This document shows, piece by piece, positions 51,604 to 64,000 of a DNA stretch of 64,000 nt; the first letter of the stretch is position 1; the number at the start of each line of letters is the position of its first letter. This DNA comes from Octopus sinensis (lineage: Eukaryota), in NCBI RefSeq assembly GCF_006345805.1, contig NC_043001.1, positions 57,536,001-57,600,000 on the forward strand, written 5' to 3'. Both the position numbers and the translations under genes were made by a program. The notes under the pieces are model-generated. The model did no database searches and was not told where the DNA came from. It saw nothing but the letters and a program-made list of their open reading frames with translations.

Positions 51604-54600
51604 AATTATAAACTCAATAGATTACACTGTTGGAAACGAAAAGTATCCTAACATCGGGCTACAAAATCAGCAAGTAAACTTAGATACCACAAACACTTCT
51701 AAGTTTCCTAGCTGTCCTTAATAACACTGTTTTCTGCAGATGTACTAAACTGTGTTTTACCCCTATTTCCTCTATCCATCTGTTTAGATCTTTAGTTATA
51801 GTTCCGAATGTATTTTTAAACACTGGGATACATTTTACTGGCCCTTTCCCTAGTCTTAGTAATTCAATAGCCAGGTCCTGGTACTTTACTATTTTTGTAT
51901 ACTTCTCATATTAATTTTCTCATCATTTGGGACTGTAAAGTCAATTATCAAGCACTTTCTGTTGCCTTTATCTACTGTTACCAAATCAGACCTTGTAGCT
52001 TCTATTACTCTGCCGGTCCCTCAACATCTTGTACATCTTACTTTCTAGAACTTTCCTATGTTCATGTTCATACCATTTATTTGTATGTTCAAATACTAGC
52101 TTCCTACAAAGCTCCCAGTGGATTGCTCTCCTTAGTTTGTCGTGTTTTTTCTTGTATTCTTTCTGTGCCAGCATGGTACATTCACTTACTATATGAGTAA
52201 CATTTTCCACTTTTGATTTGCATAATCTACATTGAGAGTGTACTTGGTTGTTATCTATTTTGACTTTTATCCAATTAGTCCTTAATGCTTGATATTTGCA
52301 GTTACCAAAAACCTTTCTGTCTCCCTATTTAGATTTCCGTTCTGCGGGCCTAAATACGTCTCACTACAACTGAAACTATCTTTGGGAATCTATCATGCAA
52401 CGCCTTCTCCTGCCAATCGCACAATTTCTGTTCTTTTTTCTGATTTTAAGTTCCTTTGGTGTTTTAGTTTCTCTGCCTCATTGTGACTCTAGCAGCTTTT
52501 AATAAATTTTCTTCACTATTACCTACATAGGAGTCTATATCCACTCTAGCGAACCCCATGCAATCTTCCACTGCTATTAACCCACTTCCACCTTCCTTTC
52601 TAGGTATGTATAATCTTCTTACTCCTGCCCTTAGGTGGAGTTTTTCCATTTATACTTCGTTTCTTCCTAATATTCTGTCTGAGTATCTAAATAAAGGTAC
52701 TACACAAGGATTTACATCTTTCACTAGATTCGAACCGTTTAGCTTTGACTTCATTACCTTCTTCAAACATCTGATGTACTCTTACTGAATCTTCGTGTAC
52801 ATTTCTGTAGTTACTCCTCTGTTTGATTCTAATATTCCTAGATACTTATAACTCTGTCCTTCTTTCAATGATGTTAATGTCTGCTGATCTGGTAATTAGA
52901 CGCCTTCGCTGTTGACTACTTGTCCACTTCTCATGGCTACTATTGTATACTTATATATGCCAAATGCCATGCCTATATCTTTGCTGAAGAGTCGTACGGT
53001 CTGTATTAAAGAATCTATCTCTTTTCATTCTTACTAAAAAGATTCAGATCATTCATGTAGAGCAAATGGTTAATTTTCCATTACTATTTCTGAACTGATA
53101 CTCTGCTTTTTCCTTCCTTAATACTAAACTGAGGGAGATCAAACATGAAACAAATATTAAAGGGGACAACAAATCCCCCCGGAAAATTTCTCTTTTGATA
53201 TTAACTTTTCCTATGAGTGTGTCACCTGAGTATAGAACTATTTCCATTACTTCATATTAAAGCTAATGTATTCTCTTATGTTTTCTGCTATACTGGACAT
53301 ACTCAAACATTCACTTATCCATGTCTTACGCTTTCCTATAATCTATCCATGATATTGTTAAATTGTTTTCTAGCTTTTTGTTCATTTAGAACTGCTTTGT
53401 CTATACATAATAGATCATGGATACCTCAAGCCTTCTTCTTGCAACCTTTCTGTTCTTCTGGTAGTAAATTCTGGTTGTGAAGGGGCTTGTAAAGGCTTTC
53501 TGAAAGCATTCCTGTTAACATATTCCACACTAATAGTAAGCAAGTGATTGTTCTATAGTTGCTAGCTGTAGTACTCTTGCTCTTATCCTTTGTAATGCGT
53601 ATTGTCCCCCATCTAGTCATTCAATTTGGTATTATTCCACCATTAATGAAATGCTCAAGTCGTCCCCTCAGCTTCCCATATAAACTACTGAATTTCTATT
53701 GCCAGCACGCTTGAACTGAATCTGGGTTTGGATCCTTCCAGTTCGGCATTTCCACAACATCTTACTCATCAATGCACTAGTTAATCTTAGATCTGACTGC
53801 TTCTTACTCACCACTTCTTCCTTCACTTTCTTTAAGTATACTGCGTCTCCATTATGATTGATTACTTTATACAAAATATCATTCCAGAACTTTCTAGCGT
53901 TCTCTGCATTAGGTTTCTCATCTTCAGTACTATGTACTCCAATATTTGTTTGGTAATAAAATCTCATCTGGTTTGTCTCAAATAATCTATTCTGTTGATA
54001 CTGATCAATTTTTTCTGCTATCTAGAGAGCTAGCCTGCTAATGCTGTGATACGCTGTTTCAACTCTAACTTTCCTAACTTTTTCAGTTTCCAGTTTTCTC
54101 TTTTACTCTGACCTTGCCTTAAAGCCTTCACTTTATTTTGTACTCTCATTTTTCACATTTGCTCTTTTTTAATCATTCCCTGTGTGATATCTAATCTTCT
54201 ACTGGCTACCAACCCTCATGCATATATCAATAAGTTAATGTCTTCTATATTTTTAGTATGTATCCTCCTGATAACAGAATCTAATTTCCTAGTCATTTCT
54301 TGTAGTCTCCTTCTGCCAATGTCTTTTAATGCTATTGCTAGATTTTCATTTCTAGCGTTTACTTCCTTTTGAACTTCCTTGTCTATGTATAATAGATCAT
54401 GCGTGCCACTAGCCTTCTTCCTGTAACCTCTCTGCTCTTCAGAAGGTAAATTCGTGTTGTCAAGGTGCTCGTAAATGCTTTCTGAAAGCATTTCTCTTAA
54501 CGGCTTCCACACTAATAGTATAAGAATGATTGGTCTATAGTTGCTATTTGTACTACCCTTACTCTTATCTTTCATAATGAGTTTTGTCCTTCCTCTAGTC

Positions 54601-55690
54601 ATCCAGCCTAGTAATATTCCACCAATAATGAAATCCTGAAGTTATTCCCACATCCTCCCATGTAAGCAACTAAATTACTTTAGCCATTACACTTAAAACT
54701 AAATCTGGTTCTGGGTTTTCGTCATTTCCCTAGCATTTTACTCATTAATGCACTAGATAATCTTAGATCTGGCTACTTCTAACTCACTACTTCTTGCCTC
54801 ACTTTCTTTAACTATACTACATCTCTAATAATTGTATGGCTTATCCCAAATATTACTCCAGAAATTTCTAGCTTCTTCTGCATTAGCCTTCTAATCTGGA
54901 GTACTTCGTTTTCCACTAATTAATTCGTTGTAAAATCTTCTCTTGTTTGTCTCAACTAATCTTTTCTGTTGATACTGATCTATTCTTTTCTGATAGCTGA
55001 AGAGCTAGCCTGCTCATGCTCTGATACGCTGTTTCAACTTTTCTATTACTGTCCCAAATCATTTGTCTTTGATTAATTATCTTTTTTGCAAGGGAAGATT
55101 TGCATTTTGTGTTTCCTAAATTGTTCAGTTTCCAATTTTCTATTTTACTCCGATCTTGTCTTAAAGTCTTCACTTTATTTTGTACACTCCTTTTCCACAT
55201 TTCCTCTTTTTTAATCTTTCTCTGTGAGATAAGTAATCTCCTAGTAACTACTACTCTTTCTGCATAGATCAATAAGTTAGTATCTCCTATATTTTTAGTA
55301 TCGATCATACTGATAATAGAATCTAGTTTCCTAATCATTTCTAGCAGCTTCCTTTTGCTTGTGCCTTTTAATGCTGGCAATCTGTTTCTTACTTCTTTAC
55401 TTATTACTTCCTGCGACTAATTCTAAAATATTCTGATCTTACGCACTTAAATTCCATAAGTTGCTGGCGTCAGTAGTCCCTTCTTTATTGGGAGCGATAT
55501 AATTTTTTACTTTAGGTTCTACTTTGGTTTGAGCTGTATCTCTTATGTTGTTTGTCTTTCCTACTGCCTGGTCCTTCTTTACCGCTCCCCATGTGATCTC
55601 TTCTACCTCCAATTCTGTCAACCACTTTTTTCTCTAAAAAGCATTATCTTGATTTTCTAATATTTGCTCAGTTACTTTAAACATACACTT
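51604..55690 (-). mobile_element. Dong copy D4: different family, decayed, with ~1-kb internal repeat
   Basis: Remnants KRKLLE..., SNYRPI, EEQKGC, IKREIFRGDLLSPLIF, RLYIPRKEGGSGL, ENVTHIVSECTMLAQKEYKKKHD...IHWELC. The segment from the N-terminal region to RT start appears twice. Confidence 0.85.
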
Positions 55691-55724
55691 CTCTACCCAA
55701 AGTGATAACATTCATTTTCATTAT

Positions 55725-55770
55725 TATTATTATTATTCTTCTTCTTCTTTCTTTTTATAGACTTGCTGCT

Positions 55771-55836
<66 letters not shown>

Positions 55837-55839
55837 AAC

Positions 55840-55879
<40 letters not shown>
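55725..55879. repeat. (ATT)/(CTT)/(CTA)n(ATT)n compound microsatellite
   Basis: Direct reading. Confidence 0.95.
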
Positions 55880-56765
55880 GCCTTTGTACAGCTTCTAACG
55901 CTGGAGATGTACTACAGTATCAGCTATTCACTATCAGTGAACTAAGGTAACACCTCTTATTTTTTAAGTATCTTCCAGAGTATACGAGCGGTTCCAAGCA
56001 CTGCTGTTTTCTGCAAGTGCTCCACCCTTATTGCAGTCCCTATTTGTTCCTCGAACTTCTCGAGAATTTTTCTCACTTTACTCAGGGCTCTGAGAATTAT
56101 TGACACTACTGCTACCTTTTACATCGACCACAACTGCTTAACTTCCCAAGCTTACCTGTCATATTTCTCGACTTTTCTTTCTTCCTTATCGCATACCTTG
56201 CTGTCAGCTGGGCATGCTATATCTATGATCCAGCATAGTTTGTTTTCTTTCTCAATTAAAACTATGCCCGGCTTCCTATTCTCTATCTCATGGTCGCACT
56301 GTATCCTAAAATCCGACAGGTTCTTTGCATTTCTATTTTCGACGATGCTTTCAGGTTTCTTGCCGTACCAATTTTTTGCTCTGTCATTTCCATACTTATT
56401 GCAGAGTGTCCAATGGACAAGCCTGGCTATATTGTCGTGGCGTCTCTTATATTCCTTCTGGGCTAGTGGCGTACATTGGCTGGCAATATGCCATACGGTT
56501 TCACTGTTTTGTCGACAGATTCTGCACTTATCACTTTCTGCTGTATTGTCTATTCTGCATTTTATGTAGTTTGTTCATAGTGCTTGCTCTTGGGCAGTAC
56601 AGATTAGATCCTTCGTTTCCGGTTTTAAATCATTTTTAGTCATCCACAGCCAACTCTTTCTCTGTCTGTCTTATCTTCAACATCCCTATGAAATTCACAT
56701 TCTTTTCTTTACACATCTATTTTCAGTTTCATCGTTTACAATTTCTAGCATAGTGCTTTATCTTT

Positions 56766-56766
<1 letters not shown>
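55880..56766 (-). mobile_element. Dong copy D5: 3'-terminal fragment (CCHC + REL)
   Basis: Minus translation LKPETKDLICTAQEQAL...CRICRQNSETVWHIASQC..LAQKEYKRRHDN..VHWTLC...RKPGIV...IIDIACP...KVEKY...LGTARIL. (ATT)n on both sides. Confidence 0.88.
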
Positions 56767-56822
<56 letters not shown>

Positions 56823-56897
56823 TATTATATCATTCTCATTATTGTTGTTGTTGTTGTTATCATTACTACTGTTGTTGTTGTTATTATTATTATTATT

Positions 56898-57406
56898 GAG
56901 TGAGAAATCAGTGCATGCCATCAATAAGGAAACCATGGTAAAATATACGAAGCCCAGTACAATCATTATGACTACCTGTCTGTTAAGGGTACATCAGTTA
57001 CATTCCTCACAGCCACGTGTGTCTGACATGCGTAACTCATGTCAAGAGAATTAGCACGTTCTTGCAAGTGTGGCCCATTTACAATTTTCTTCAGATCGAG
57101 TAGCCTATTCCGCTCAAAAGGTCCCTGAATAAGGTTTGTTTAAAGATATTGAACGAAATACTCATGTTCCCAGATGTGCATTATTCAAACCCCAAAGAAT
57201 TCCTCTCAACACATGGCTATGAATATTTCCCATTACTCGCGCTTGTGATAAAAAAATGCACCTATCGTCAGCCACTAAATGGTATTCTCAACTGGTTATG
57301 GTCAAATATGTAGTATTGAGCAAAACTATTTTCTGTAGTCCATCATTTATACCAAGAAAAAACATGTACACGAAAACACCTCCAATCAGTTATGGTCAGA
57401 AGCCAT
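56898..57406 (-). mobile_element. Non-coding (ATT)n-embedded element, copy B (more diverged)
   Basis: Shares gagtgaga...gtaaaatatacgaagccca...gtccctgaataagg...ttcaaaccccaaagaat.cctctcaacacatggctatga...ccaatcagtta.g.tcagaagcca with copy A. Confidence 0.75.
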
Positions 57407-57639
57407 CAATATCTTCTTTCCATTTTGTTTCCATTTCCTGCCTAGTGTCTTCCCAACACCTAGAGCAAAAAAGTTATAGTATACAGTGGAAGGCCATTAA
57501 AATAAATACACCAGATTGTTCATTTACAGAGACATGTGATAGAAAAGACGGACAGAGAGGAAAAAGGAAAGAAGCAGAAAAGAAAAATGAAAGAAAGAAA
57601 AGAAGGAAAAGGAAGGTGAAATGGTAAAAATATTCACAG

Positions 57640-58625
57640 TAAAAATGCTCTTCTCAGTACGAGTGTCCTACGAGTTAACACAATCTATTGCACTTCCTGC
57701 ATGAATAGTAAGACGCAGATCATCCTCAAATAATTTCCAATTCATTTTTGGATCATTCCAAGTGCTCCTACAATCACTAGTATTGTAAACCTTTCTTTCG
57801 ATTCCAAATCATCAAATGTTTATATTTTCTGAACTTATGAAATTTTTCTGCCGAGATATCATGATCACAAGGTATGCTCACGTCAATCAATATACGCATT
57901 TTACAGTTTTGTTTTTTCACAAGAATATCTGGATTGTTAGCTTTGCTTCTCCGGTCTGAAGGTGGCGAGCTGGCAGAAACGTTAGCACGCCGGGCGAAAT
58001 GCGTAGCCGTATTTCGTCTGCCGTTACGTTCTAAGTTCAAATTCCGCCGAGGTCGACTTTGCCTTTCATCCTTTCGGGGTCGATTAAATAAGTACCAGTT
58101 ACGCACTGGGGTCGATGTAATCGACTTAATACCTATGTCTGTCCTTGTTTGTCCCCTCTATGTTTAGCCCCTTGTGGGTAATAAAGAAATAGGTCTGTAT
58201 ATACTGGAATATTCCAAAGAATCGTTACATTTTCTCCCTCAGTTACAGACTCAGTGTTGTGCATATACCATATGTCTGCAGTTTTGATCTTATAAAGCCA
58301 ACATATTATCCACTGAAGATTTTGGCCAACGCAATCATGTCTCAATTTATACTCAACCGGTCCTAAAACCTTACACCCAGAGATTAGGAAGTCCACTGTT
58401 TCAATCTTATTGTTGCAGTATCGGCACTTTTGGTCTACATCGCATTAACTTGGTAGTTCCGGATCAATAAGCTCTGATCTTGAGCAGCCAAGATAAAGCC
58501 TTCGCTCTTTGCCTTTCACCCTGAGCTCCGTAGCTACTGATGATCGTGCTTCTGGGGTACATCAATTTGTTTGCAGCGGCACACATATTTGTCATTCACG
58601 GGTTAACCTGTGTATTTTGCCTGAA
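57640..58625 (-). mobile_element. Dong copy D6: decayed 3' fragment with nested SINE
   Basis: EGFILAAQDQSLLIRNYQ, CRYC, HDCVGQNLQWIIC, ILWNIPVYTD|RRSKANNPDIL...LIDVSIP...KFRKY, VIVGALGMI. Confidence 0.8.
57958..58191 (+). mobile_element. SINE inserted into D6 with 5-bp TSD (ggtct)
   Basis: gaaggtggcgagctggcagaa...aagttcaaattcc...aataaagaaata, with ggtct at 57953-57957 and 58192-58196. Removing the insert and one TSD restores the D6 frame. Confidence 0.85.
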
Positions 58626-58683
58626 CTCACTAAGAAATTGTTTGCTCTTCTACATGATAAAATTAAGCTTCTCTTATTATAAT

Positions 58684-58985
58684 AGGAAATACCAGTGGCA
58701 CCGACCAAAAGCTTGTGAATGTATTTGGTAGACGGAATTTGGGAGATCCCGTCTTATACGTGTATGTACATCTATGTGTATTTTCCTTTATCCTCCAACA
58801 TCATTGTACAGCTGATTTTGGTTTGTTTATGTCCCTTCACTTAACGGTCCGACGAAACAATGTAAAAGAAAAGTACTTGGTCTGAAAAATAAGCACATGT
58901 ACCATTTTGTTTGACTAAGCATTCACGGTGGTGCCCCAGCATAGCTACACTTTAATGGCTGAAACAGTTAAAATATAAAAGATAG
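58684..58985 (+). mobile_element. Diverged SINE 3' part (22061-like)
   Basis: gaccaaaagcttgtgaatgtatttggtagacggaa ... ggtggtgccccagcatagct...ggctgaaaca. Confidence 0.6.
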
Positions 58986-59465
58986 AAGCAAAATAAACAT
59001 ATATATTCAAAATAAGATAGGTTTGGATTTAAAGTTGTGGGCCCGATTTTAAAACTTAAGTCATATATCGGCATGGTAATGGCTAACATATAATTTGAAA
59101 ACAATAAATAACTACAGCACCACTTATATAATGAACTAAGAAAAATGATGACGCAAAAACACTATACCAAAACAGCAGATATATTTTCGGTATATAATTT
59201 ACTTTGAATTCCAAGTTGAGATAGTTCCAGAAAGAGAAATGTTCCAATAAACAACAACAAAAACCAGTATATTATTAAATATTCAAATAGAAAGTAAAGT
59301 TTGTGCTTAGACTATAAGATCTGTGTGGAATATAAAGAAGATTTTTTAGAGGAAAAAAAATACAGTTCAACTCTGTGCGTGTCTGTGTATGCCGGTGTGA
59401 CCTTGTGCATGTGTCGATCATACTTGATTTTCAAATAATATTGTGCGTATATATACATGTATATG

Positions 59466-59568
<103 letters not shown>

Positions 59569-59580
59569 ATATATATATAT

Positions 59581-59624
<44 letters not shown>

Positions 59625-59800
59625 ATATATATATATATACACATATATATATATACATAGGCACATACATTCATTTAAAGATAGAAACAGGCATAGCCAA
59701 GCATAGATGGATTTATATAAATAATTTTGTATATTCATATATATCTGTACAGAAATGAAGCTAAATGCATATATATTAATATACATACACTCAGATACAC

Positions 59801-59834
<34 letters not shown>

Positions 59835-59835
<1 letters not shown>

Positions 59836-59886
59836 GGCGGTGCCCCAGCATGGCCACAGCTCATGAGCTGAAACTAGAATCAATCA

Positions 59887-59889
<3 letters not shown>
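59835..59889 (+). repeat. Very short SINE/LINE 3'-tail insertion within (TA)n
   Basis: ggcggtgccccagcatggccacagctcatgagctgaaactagaatcaatcaatc, matching 4083-4146. Confidence 0.7.
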
Positions 59890-59964
<75 letters not shown>

Positions 59965-61623
59965 ATATATATATCCATAAAATTATGTATTTTTATATAC
60001 GTGTGCGTGTCTATATTTTTACAGTACTTATACTCATGCACATACAATCGCACATGCAAACACATACAGAGTATGCATACTCGAAGAATCTTACCTATAC
60101 ATTCATATATACATAAATACATAAACCAAACTAAAGCAAACAAAACATTGAAACAAATGGTTTTCTTTTCTCTGGTGTTTACCTTTTTCTTTTAATAGAT
60201 ATTAGTCTTTATTCTAGATTTCTTTCCGGCTTTTGTACAATATATTTGCTATTTTTTTATTTTAACAAAACAAATAATAAAATGAAAAATTAAATTCTAA
60301 AAGTAAATGAAGAAAAACAGACGACGTGAAGTAAACTTAATATAATTTACCACCCACCACATGTACTTCGTATGAAACTAAAAAAATATATTACTTAAAA
60401 GTAACTGAATAAATCATGTTTTTAGTCTTTCAGGTTGAATAGATAATATCTTTGGGCTGTCAGCTTCGTGTTTGCAGAAGTGTACAGTCGTTCAAGCAGT
60501 ACCAGAAATCCACTAAACAATAGAGAATTTTTCAAGGCACATCAACAACAAACCCAACCACATTAATCGCAGAAACGAAAGAATTTTATTGCAAGTTGCG
60601 AATAACAGAAATGCAGCACATACAAACACTCACAGAGGTGATTTTACTGGAACACTAAAACGTCAGACAGTATTCCTTTTATTTACTCCGGCATTGTATG
60701 TGCTGATTTCAAATCACAAAAATTCTTATATACCGGCATAATCGAATACTGGTAATTTTCTTGTGTGCAACCCGTTTTCGTATCTTTTGCATTGACCTGA
60801 TGTGACGGCCGAATGTATTTTTGTGTTGATAAGCAAATATGTAGGTCTGGCATCACCCTCACGTCTTTAGTAGAACATAAAAAAGTAGTATTTGAAACAT
60901 TGACGGGTGTTTTCAGAATAATATCATAGGTGTTTCTTACTTGCATATGTAAAGTTACACCTATAGTATATTAGGAAATTAGTACTTGTCTTCAGCCTTT
61001 ATACAAGAGACTGAGTATATATACAGGTATATATACAGTATATATATACAGGTATATATATTCTTAAAGTAGAATCGGTCAGATAGGCTGTGACAAAGTT
61101 GATCCTCTGAATTTCGGATACGGTATTTTGAGTTTGATCAAGTACAATCTATACTGAATTTCTCTGAAACATTTTGAACCAATTTGTACAAGGTACTTCA
61201 GTTAGAAAATTGTCTCGTGACATAGGCAAAAATCTTCTCGTAAATGTTGGGAAATAATTATTTTCATTTATCATCTTTAAACGTAAGATTTACATAATCT
61301 CGCTCTCGCTTTCAATGCGAATCAATGAAATAAATTTCAGATTTTTAAATGATTTTACACTAACAAAACACATAAGCTGATATTCAAACTACTCAATGAA
61401 TACTAACACTCACTCATTCATTGATGTGTCTATATAAAATAGAAATTTCCCTGACTTTCTGTTCAGAATACGACAAATTCTGTTTTAAGTTTTGTTAAAT
61501 AGCATTTCTCTATGAATAGACGTTTCTAACACAGACATAGAAGCAGATGAATGTTTCTTATCTTCTTTTCCTCTCTCTAACTGTCTGTCTGTCTATCTAT
61601 CTATATATCTATATTTCTTTCTT

Positions 61624-61691
<68 letters not shown>

Positions 61692-62438
61692 AATATATAT
61701 ATAGAGAGAGACAGGCATACATACATATAAACATTTGTGTACATGTACACCAGCACACCTCGATGTACTACTCCTAAATCTCATTTTCTCTCTTGATGTA
61801 GTTGTAATTTCATTTAGAGGGGCACTTTGGCACTTAATGCAGCTAGTGTTTTATTTTTTCTTTGGTTACTACTGAATAAGCAATTGCAATGAAATTTCGA
61901 ACATATCTCTCAGCAAAATGGCTAAGGAAATATGATTTGCAGAGAGATGGCTGTAAGATATCTCTCAGTGCATTTTTCAGCTTAGTAGTCATGGTATTAA
62001 AATTTCTGTGGATATTGAATTTTGTTGAAATTCCAACATCAAATATTCCATTTGGAATATCTATGTTTTATCATCCTACGTCATATTTACGATGTCGCGG
62101 TGCTGGTGCCAGTTTAGAAAGTCGAATTGTTCAAATTAACTTCACTCTCTCATGTTTGTGTATCAACAAATTCCATCCGCTATCTTTAGAACAAGTTCGC
62201 TCTTTGTTATAATATTGTTTTGTTATAACGCCCGCTTCGGCATACAGTATTCTTAGTAAAATCGGCAAGGCTACATTCATCTATGACCACCTACTTCGTA
62301 CGATTTCTTTTAATGTCCCCACAGAAGCGACGTTACAATGACGGACAAGTGTACGTACACAGAGTGACTACAATGAAATGATTACAATGAAAATAACAAA
62401 TATAATGAAATCGAATGAATATATTTTCAAAGTTACAG

Positions 62439-62601
62439 AGGCACAGGAGTGGCTGTGTGGTAAGTAGTTTCCTTACCTATCACATGGTTCCCGGTTCAGT
62501 CCCACTGCGTGACACGTTGGGAAAGTGTCTTCTACTATAGCCTCGGGCCGACCAAAGCCTTGTGAGTGGATTTGATAGACGGAAACTGAAGGAAGACCGT
62601 C

Positions 62602-62638
<37 letters not shown>

Positions 62639-62900
62639 GTGTGTGTGTGTGTATGTGTGTGTACATACGTATATGTATATGTTTGTGTGTCTGTGTTTGT
62701 CTCCCCAACATCGCTTGACAACCGATGGTGGTGTGTTTACGTCCCCGTCACTTAGCGGTTCGGCAAGAAAGACCGATAAAATAAGTACTAGGCTTACAAA
62801 GAATAAGTCCTGGAGTTGATTTGCTCGACTAAAGGCGGTGCTCCAGCATGGCCGTAGTCAAATAACTGAAACAAATAAAAGAATAAGAATAAAAGAATAA
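62439..62900 (+). mobile_element. SINE, 22061 family, full length
   Basis: Collinear with 22061 and 23223, with a (GAATAA)n-like tail. Confidence 0.85.
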
Positions 62901-62904
62901 ATAA

Positions 62905-64000
62905 TTAAAAATTCCTATTATTTACATCACCGGGTTATTTGACTCACCGCCGTTATCCGCCGCATTCCCTTTTATCGCCGGATGGCTGCACTTAGCCATT
63001 TCCATTCATCCGCAACATTCTTACCACTGTCGTCCATCTTTTATCAAACGTTCTATGCGACAGGTATCTCCTCTCAAGCCGGATTTTATTTGGATGTGGT
63101 AGTTAAAATAACTAACCAACCCTTGTTAGGAGATGAATGAACATATCGCGATCCCTTTCACTCGTGTTATCCACACTGTCTCTTTCAGTATGGCCACTAC
63201 GCAGAGGAAACAAATCCTCTTTACCTGTTCAGGGAGGAGAGCGGCACAATCTTAAAAATAGATTCAACTGATAGCTGTACTCTTTCTGTCGTTGATAACA
63301 GCTGCTCGATATAGGTTATCAATTCCCTATTTTCCTTACACTGTACGAAGGCGTGCAGGACAGTTTCACTGTCCCGCTCGCACCCAAACAGGTCAGTGAG
63401 ATGGCACAACCGTGCCTTGACGACCTCTCTCGAATAGGTAAGGCGGATCGATAACCCAACCAGGTCAGGGATTTCTGGTAATTATCCAGAGACTCCTACC
63501 CGAAAGTTCTTTCTAGAAAGTTGGTTAACTGATTTCTATCGAAGCTTAGAGTCTCCCCCTGACATGAACTCTATCGACCCGCTATAGAGGTCAGCTGCCG
63601 ATATTGACCGCTCGGGAGAGTAGCGTAAGCGCTTGTCGGCATTCTAGCAGCCAATCAATCAGTCTGGGTTTCCGCTTGATTCAAAGACCTAACTCCCGAA
63701 GTTGTGGTAAGAAAAACTTCACGAGCGGTGATCACACCTGTTCTCTATCCTAGTAGAGCCAAAGGTGCCTAAGACTTAGTGCAAACTTGCGCATCTTCAG
63801 CCATGGCATTCTTAGCTCACCCTTTAACGGCTTTTGGCAACAGATAGAGCGCCTTACAATTGGTACACCTCTCCACAAAAAGCGGAAAAGGAGACGCTCC
63901 AATTCCTCTCTACTTGGAGATCCGGACCAAACCAGATTTCTAGCATCTTAACCGGACTCTCTCCAACGTCCCACAACGTTATTGGACGGCATTGACTTGC
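62905..64000 (-). mobile_element. Decayed Tx1/L1-like LINE ORF2 C-terminal fragment
   Basis: PVKMLEIWFGPDL..NW, LFRFLWRG, LDNYQKSLTW...ALPIRER, and a C-terminal zinc knuckle (...ETVLHAFVQC). Runs off the window end. Confidence 0.8.

Overview
AT-rich, microsatellite-dense eukaryotic DNA. The SINE families, (TA)/(CA)/(ATT) tract density and Dong-type LINEs point to a coleoid cephalopod, most likely Octopus; this is pattern recognition, not a database result. No host protein-coding exon could be identified, and the window looks mostly intronic or intergenic and transposon-dominated. Main contents: (1) decayed Tx1/L1-like LINEs at both window ends; (2) a GC-rich CR1-type LINE (about 11360-14692) with an uninterrupted 959-codon APE+RT ORF2, a 5'-truncated ORF1 and an AUG-less ORF1/ORF2 overlap containing an in-frame G_GGU_UUU slippery heptamer; (3) an 18-kb cluster (40.2-58.6 kb) of six R4/Dong-clade REL-endonuclease retrotransposon copies from several families, all on the minus strand and mostly set in (ATT)n-type microsatellites, with two copies of a non-coding ~550-bp element that shares the target; (4) three paralogous 26-27-nt micro-exon-like cassettes on the plus strand (9247, 11070, 20487), only one of which has an ATG; (5) Penelope-like remnants, including a hammerhead-like core; (6) Tigger, mariner and RTE fossils, several MITE/foldback hairpins and many tRNA-derived SINEs. 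Most short ORFs in the supplied track are microsatellite read-throughs or antisense shadows of transposon ORFs.
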